From the NCBI GenBank assembly GCA_027622665.1, contig JAQBYT010000011.1, forward strand, positions 1-64,000: DNA of 64,000 nt, written 5' to 3'. The position numbers and the translations under genes were made by a program. Under the pieces are notes generated by a model. The model made no database searches and was not told the DNA's origin. It worked only from the letters and a program-made list of their open reading frames with translations. Positions 60,266 to 64,000 of the stretch are shown one piece after another (position 1 is the first letter of the stretch; each line of letters begins with the position of its first letter). Source of the stretch: Verrucomicrobiota bacterium (GTDB lineage Bacteria; Verrucomicrobiota; Verrucomicrobiia; Opitutales; Seribacteraceae).

Positions 60266-60838
60266 ATGAGAATTTCAGGAGGGAAAGCTAAAGGCATAAA
60301 ACTGAGGATACCGAAAGGCAGTCCCCTGCGACCTGCGGCAGAACCAGTTCGCGAACGTTTATTTTCCTCATTGGGAGATCTCGTGTCAGGTGCGAAATTC
60401 CTCGATCTCTTTGCGGGGACAGGTTCCTATGGATTGGAAGCACTCAGTCGTGGAGCCGAGAGCGGGGTCTTCATCGAGCAAGACTTCAACACGGCATCAT
60501 GCCTTCGAAACAATCTGGCCGCCGTATGCAAGAGCGCCAATGTTTCTCCCGAAAGTTTTGAAGTGATAAGTGGTGATGCCCTCCGAGCCAAACCTCGCCT
60601 AGCAGGACCATTCGAGCTCATATTCGCCGACCCCCCCTACGCCATTCTCATGAAAATTGCTCCAAAGCTCTTTGCTCGGATACTTGAAGACGGTCTGGCG
60701 CACAAAAGTTCCCTGCTCATTTTGGAGTTGCCCGGCGAGGTGGAGCTAGATGCGGAAGGCTGGCAAAGCGAACGTCGATTGGGGAAAGCGCGCAAGGGAG
60801 GGCCAACCCTAGCTCTTTTTCGACCGACTTCCGCCTAA
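60266..60838 (+). CDS. rsmD: 16S rRNA m2G966 methyltransferase
   Basis: MRISGG, LRP...VRE.LF, LDLFAGTGS.GLEALSRGA and FADPPY. Confidence 0.95.
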   Translation: MRISGGKAKGIKLRIPKGSPLRPAAEPVRERLFSSLGDLVSGAKFLDLFAGTGSYGLEALSRGAESGVFIEQDFNTASCLRNNLAAVCKSANVSPESFEVISGDALRAKPRLAGPFELIFADPPYAILMKIAPKLFARILEDGLAHKSSLLILELPGEVELDAEGWQSERRLGKARKGGPTLALFRPTSA

Positions 60839-60842
60839 CCCT

Positions 60843-61562
60843 TCACCAATACTCGGACGAAAGTATTCCTAGAGCGACAACGCAGGCTGTTTCTTCCCGA
60901 AGAACACGAGGACCAAGGTGGCGAAATTCGAATTCCGATTCTCTCAGCAGGTCACGTTCTCGGGCGGACCAACCACGTTCAGGGCCAACGGCGAGCTGGC
61001 ACGAGGTCCGCGAAAGGGCAGAATCAGCAAAAGCCAGCGGGGCAGCGGCTTCGTATACGTCGAGGGCGAAACGGCTACCGGCACGAGGTGATTCGGCAAG
61101 AGCGGCTTCGATATTAGGATGACGGTTCACGACGGGAAGAAAAGAAGAGAAAGCTTGTTCGACGCCACGAAGGAGATGGCGACGCCACTCGCCGGAACTC
61201 CAAAGTTTGCTGTCGGCATAGGAAGGCTCGCCTTTGTCAGTTCCAAAAAAATCCATTGCCTCGACGCCTAAACTGGCTGCCTGCTGAAGGATTTTTCTAG
61301 CCGTCTGTGGTCTGGGAAGACCGACAAGAAGACGAATTGGAATTCGATCGTCCTCAATACTTTCTTGCCAAAGAAAGGAAAGGAGCAATCCAGCGGTACC
61401 ATCCTTCAATATAGTCGCTTTACCCTTGGGACCATTTACGATGGCAACGTCGAAGTCGTCTCCGGGCAAACGTCTCAACACCTCTCTGACATGTACGACC
61501 CGGGGATCTCCAATGGGCAAAAGGATCTCGTTTGCCTGATCTTCAAAGAGTAAAAGGTTCAA
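60843..61562 (-). CDS. Second RsmE-family SPOUT methyltransferase
   Basis: HVREVLR, GLPRPQ, VGPERGWS and LGPRVLREETA. TTG 61562 overlaps the upstream stop (TTGA). Confidence 0.88.
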   Translation of the reverse strand: MNLLLFEDQANEILLPIGDPRVVHVREVLRRLPGDDFDVAIVNGPKGKATILKDGTAGLLLSFLWQESIEDDRIPIRLLVGLPRPQTARKILQQAASLGVEAMDFFGTDKGEPSYADSKLWSSGEWRRHLLRGVEQAFSSFLPVVNRHPNIEAALAESPRAGSRFALDVYEAAAPLAFADSALSRTSCQLAVGPERGWSARERDLLRESEFEFRHLGPRVLREETACVVALGILSSEYW

Positions 61563-63313
61563 AGCGGAGCAAGCCAAAGAGTCTGGTAAGGTCTCAGAAC
61601 AACACCCTCCGGGCCAATGGCGATATCGGAACCGCCTGCAAGATCCCGAACTTTTCCATCGAGAAAAAGTTCCTCGAGATGGATTGCTCCGGGAATAGGA
61701 ACAGGGGCATTCGTGAAATTGAAGAGACAAATAACAGTTTGGGAACCATCGAGAGAAGTGCGCTCGACGGCAAACAGATCGGGACCGTATTCCTTAATGA
61801 CCTGAGGTGCATCAGGATGAAACGCAGGACAGGATGCCCGACGTCGCAGCAGGCGCGACAACCAGTCGAAAACCCGAGCACCGAGACATTCGGCATCATC
61901 GAGAACTTCCGCAAGTTCACCGTGCTCCCATTTTCGGCGGTTGATACTCCGATTGTGGCCGGTTTCCTCAACCCCTTGAACATGGTTGGGAGTTGCGGTG
62001 AGAGAATGGAAATAAACAGCGGGAACCCCTTGCATGGCAAGAGCCACCGCTTGGGAACAAAGGAAACGAGCTTCTCCAACTGCATCGTCTGCCGGTTCGG
62101 CAAGGGCGCCGAAGTAGGTAACATTTAATTCGTAGGGAACCTCGGAACCGTCTTCAAGCGACCTCATGGAGACAAGCCCCCCACGCGCCTCGACCTTTTC
62201 GGCAAGGGCAAGGATTTCTTCTTGTGAAAGTATGCCTTCGAGAGGGCGAACTCCGATTCCGTCGTGACTGGCGGTAAAATTAAGGAAGGAGCAACCGCGA
62301 GGCGGAGGTGCCAAATGGGTCGCCCATTCAGTAAGATGAGCGGCGGTGCCGTTGAGCAAACCGTGCAAGACAAGGGGAGGTAGAGCGAACTGATAAACCA
62401 TGTGAGCCTCGTCACCTCGACCAAAATAACTTATGTTGTCATCATGCGGAACATTGGTTTCCGTCAAGATGATGACGTCGGGGGCAATGACTTCCAGAAA
62501 GTTCCGCAAGAGCTTAACCACCTCGTGGGTCTTAGGCAGATGCAAGCAGTTCGTGCCGATTTCTTTCCAAAGAAAAGCCACCGCATCCAGTCGCAGAATC
62601 CGGCTACCTGCGGAAACGTATTTCATTATAATGTCGAGAAACTCGAAGAGCAGATCGGGAGAACGCCAATCCAGATCGACTTGATCGGAACTGAAAGTGG
62701 TCCACACGTAACGCTCGCCATCGCGTGTGGGGGTAGGAGTAAGGAGAGGAGAAGAACGGGGTCTGACGACAGCCGTGAGATCGGCCTCCGGGTCTTCTTC
62801 TCGAATATAGTTGAGAGCAGGTTCAATTCCGGAGACATAATCCAGAAACCAGTCACTTCCTGCGGAACAGTGATTGAGCACGAGATCGAACATTAGATCG
62901 AACTCACCTGAAAAGCTCCGAACATGCTCCCAATCCCCGTAGCGCTCGTCCACCTCACGATAATCGATGACGGAAAAACCATCGTCGGAAGACCAAGGGT
63001 AAAAAGGCAGAAGATGTACTATGGAAAAGACGCCTTTCAAACGCTCAGTGCAAAAGTGGCGGAGAGTCTCAAGGGGAACCTCGCCTTTTTCGTAAACCAT
63101 GTCGGCATAGGTAATGAGGACGGCGTCCTTCTCGCTCCACAAACAATCTGTCCGAGGAGCATCGATTCCCACTCCATAGCGACCGAGGATGTGATAAAAA
63201 CGCTCAAGCAATTGGTCCGCGACGGTAGCTCCGTATAACTTTTGAAAGCGACGGCGAATAGTCTTCAACTTGGAGTTGGAGACACGCTTCACGATGGACG
63301 AGATGCTGTTCAT
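61559..63313 (-). CDS. GH13_18 sugar phosphorylase, probably glucosylglycerate phosphorylase
   Basis: LITYAD, HLLPFYPWSSDDGF, DLVLNH, RLDAV, TETN, SHDGIG, YELN and NRSINR. Confidence 0.85.
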   Translation of the reverse strand: MNSISSIVKRVSNSKLKTIRRRFQKLYGATVADQLLERFYHILGRYGVGIDAPRTDCLWSEKDAVLITYADMVYEKGEVPLETLRHFCTERLKGVFSIVHLLPFYPWSSDDGFSVIDYREVDERYGDWEHVRSFSGEFDLMFDLVLNHCSAGSDWFLDYVSGIEPALNYIREEDPEADLTAVVRPRSSPLLTPTPTRDGERYVWTTFSSDQVDLDWRSPDLLFEFLDIIMKYVSAGSRILRLDAVAFLWKEIGTNCLHLPKTHEVVKLLRNFLEVIAPDVIILTETNVPHDDNISYFGRGDEAHMVYQFALPPLVLHGLLNGTAAHLTEWATHLAPPPRGCSFLNFTASHDGIGVRPLEGILSQEEILALAEKVEARGGLVSMRSLEDGSEVPYELNVTYFGALAEPADDAVGEARFLCSQAVALAMQGVPAVYFHSLTATPNHVQGVEETGHNRSINRRKWEHGELAEVLDDAECLGARVFDWLSRLLRRRASCPAFHPDAPQVIKEYGPDLFAVERTSLDGSQTVICLFNFTNAPVPIPGAIHLEELFLDGKVRDLAGGSDIAIGPEGVVLRPYQTLWLAPL

Positions 63314-63322
63314 TTCAAACGA

Positions 63323-64000
63323 CTAATAGCCAGTGAGGCTTGAGATAAAGGCTCGCAGGTTACTGCGAACGACAGAGTAGGAGTAAAATTGCCGAGCAAT
63401 CTCGTAGTTGTGATTCACCATTTCGTTTCTGTAAGATTCGTTGTGGAGAACTCGTCGGACGTGGTCGGCAAGGGATGGAGAAACGAAACCGTCCATCGTT
63501 AGCAGGCGAAAGCCTTTCGGTTCGATGTCGCGGACAAAGATGGAATAGCGGTTGATCAGGACGGGTTTGCGGAAATAAACCGCCTCAAGAAGAGCATTGC
63601 CAAAGCCTTCGTATATGCTCGGGTAAGTAACGAAATCAGCGTGAGGATAAAGGTCCCACAGGGTGTACACCTTTCGACCCTTCGAATCACGCTGCCGCAC
63701 TTCGCCCACCCGGTCGGCGACCAAGCGGAGGTCTACGCCTTCTTCTTTGGCGAGTTGCTTGAGCATCCCGTAATACTCGTAACCCTCGTCACCTGCTTCA
63801 TGAGAAATGACCAGTTTGCACTTTGGGTTTTTGAGAAGACTCACCAATTTGATGGATTGCTCGATCCCTTTGCGAGGGACAACCCGAGTTGGCTGAAGAA
63901 TGAAAAAGTCATCGGGAGCCAACCCCAACTCCTGCCGCACGTCGGCGGCGTAGTCGTCGGGCGGCGCGGGTGGGTTGTCGAAATCAAAGACATTGGGAAT
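63323..64000 (-). CDS. GT4 glycosyltransferase (mannosylglucosylglycerate synthase-like); N-terminus lies beyond the right window edge
   Basis: Frame open to 64000 (IPNVFDF...); [13 protein letters not shown] and [16 protein letters not shown]. Confidence 0.85.
   Translation of the reverse strand: MPNVFDFDNPPAPPDDYAADVRQELGLAPDDFFILQPTRVVPRKGIEQSIKLVSLLKNPKCKLVISHEAGDEGYEYYGMLKQLAKEEGVDLRLVADRVGEVRQRDSKGRKVYTLWDLYPHADFVTYPSIYEGFGNALLEAVYFRKPVLINRYSIFVRDIEPKGFRLLTMDGFVSPSLADHVRRVLHNESYRNEMVNHNYEIARQFYSYSVVRSNLRAFISSLTGY

Overview
Bacterial chromosomal window, most likely Verrucomicrobiota (Opitutales-like). This is inferred from PVC-typical genes (DUF1549/DUF1553 + DUF1501 pair, PVC-type CxxCH dehydrogenase). 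Most of the window is housekeeping and transport: def, a Fur-family regulator, a TonB receptor, a MacAB-TolC-like set, nrdBA, accD-folC, truA, ruvX, aspS, tandem amt-P-II units, rsmE/rsmD and glucosylglycerate-related genes. The standout is the co-directional minus-strand locus at 1-9984. It encodes a MotA/TolQ-like + MotB/TolR-like pair, then a Campylobacter-type PglB/STT3 oligosaccharyltransferase with an extra LysM-like domain, then a large exported protein missed by the ORF track because it runs off the left edge. That protein has an FG-GAP beta-propeller followed by at least 35 tandem copies of DGN[F/Y]TDPG. Every copy is a perfect bacterial N-glycosylation sequon (D/E-X-N-X-S/T), and 8 more such sequons lie upstream in the same protein. 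This looks like an N-glycosylation system with a hyper-glycosylated surface substrate. Other oddities: a circularly permuted DsbD, a class Ic-like RNR beta subunit (radical Tyr replaced by Leu) with tandem NrdR-like boxes, and an HTH-TM-vWA fusion. No rRNA, tRNA, CRISPR array or intact mobile element was recognised. All calls come from reading motifs by eye; no database searches were run.
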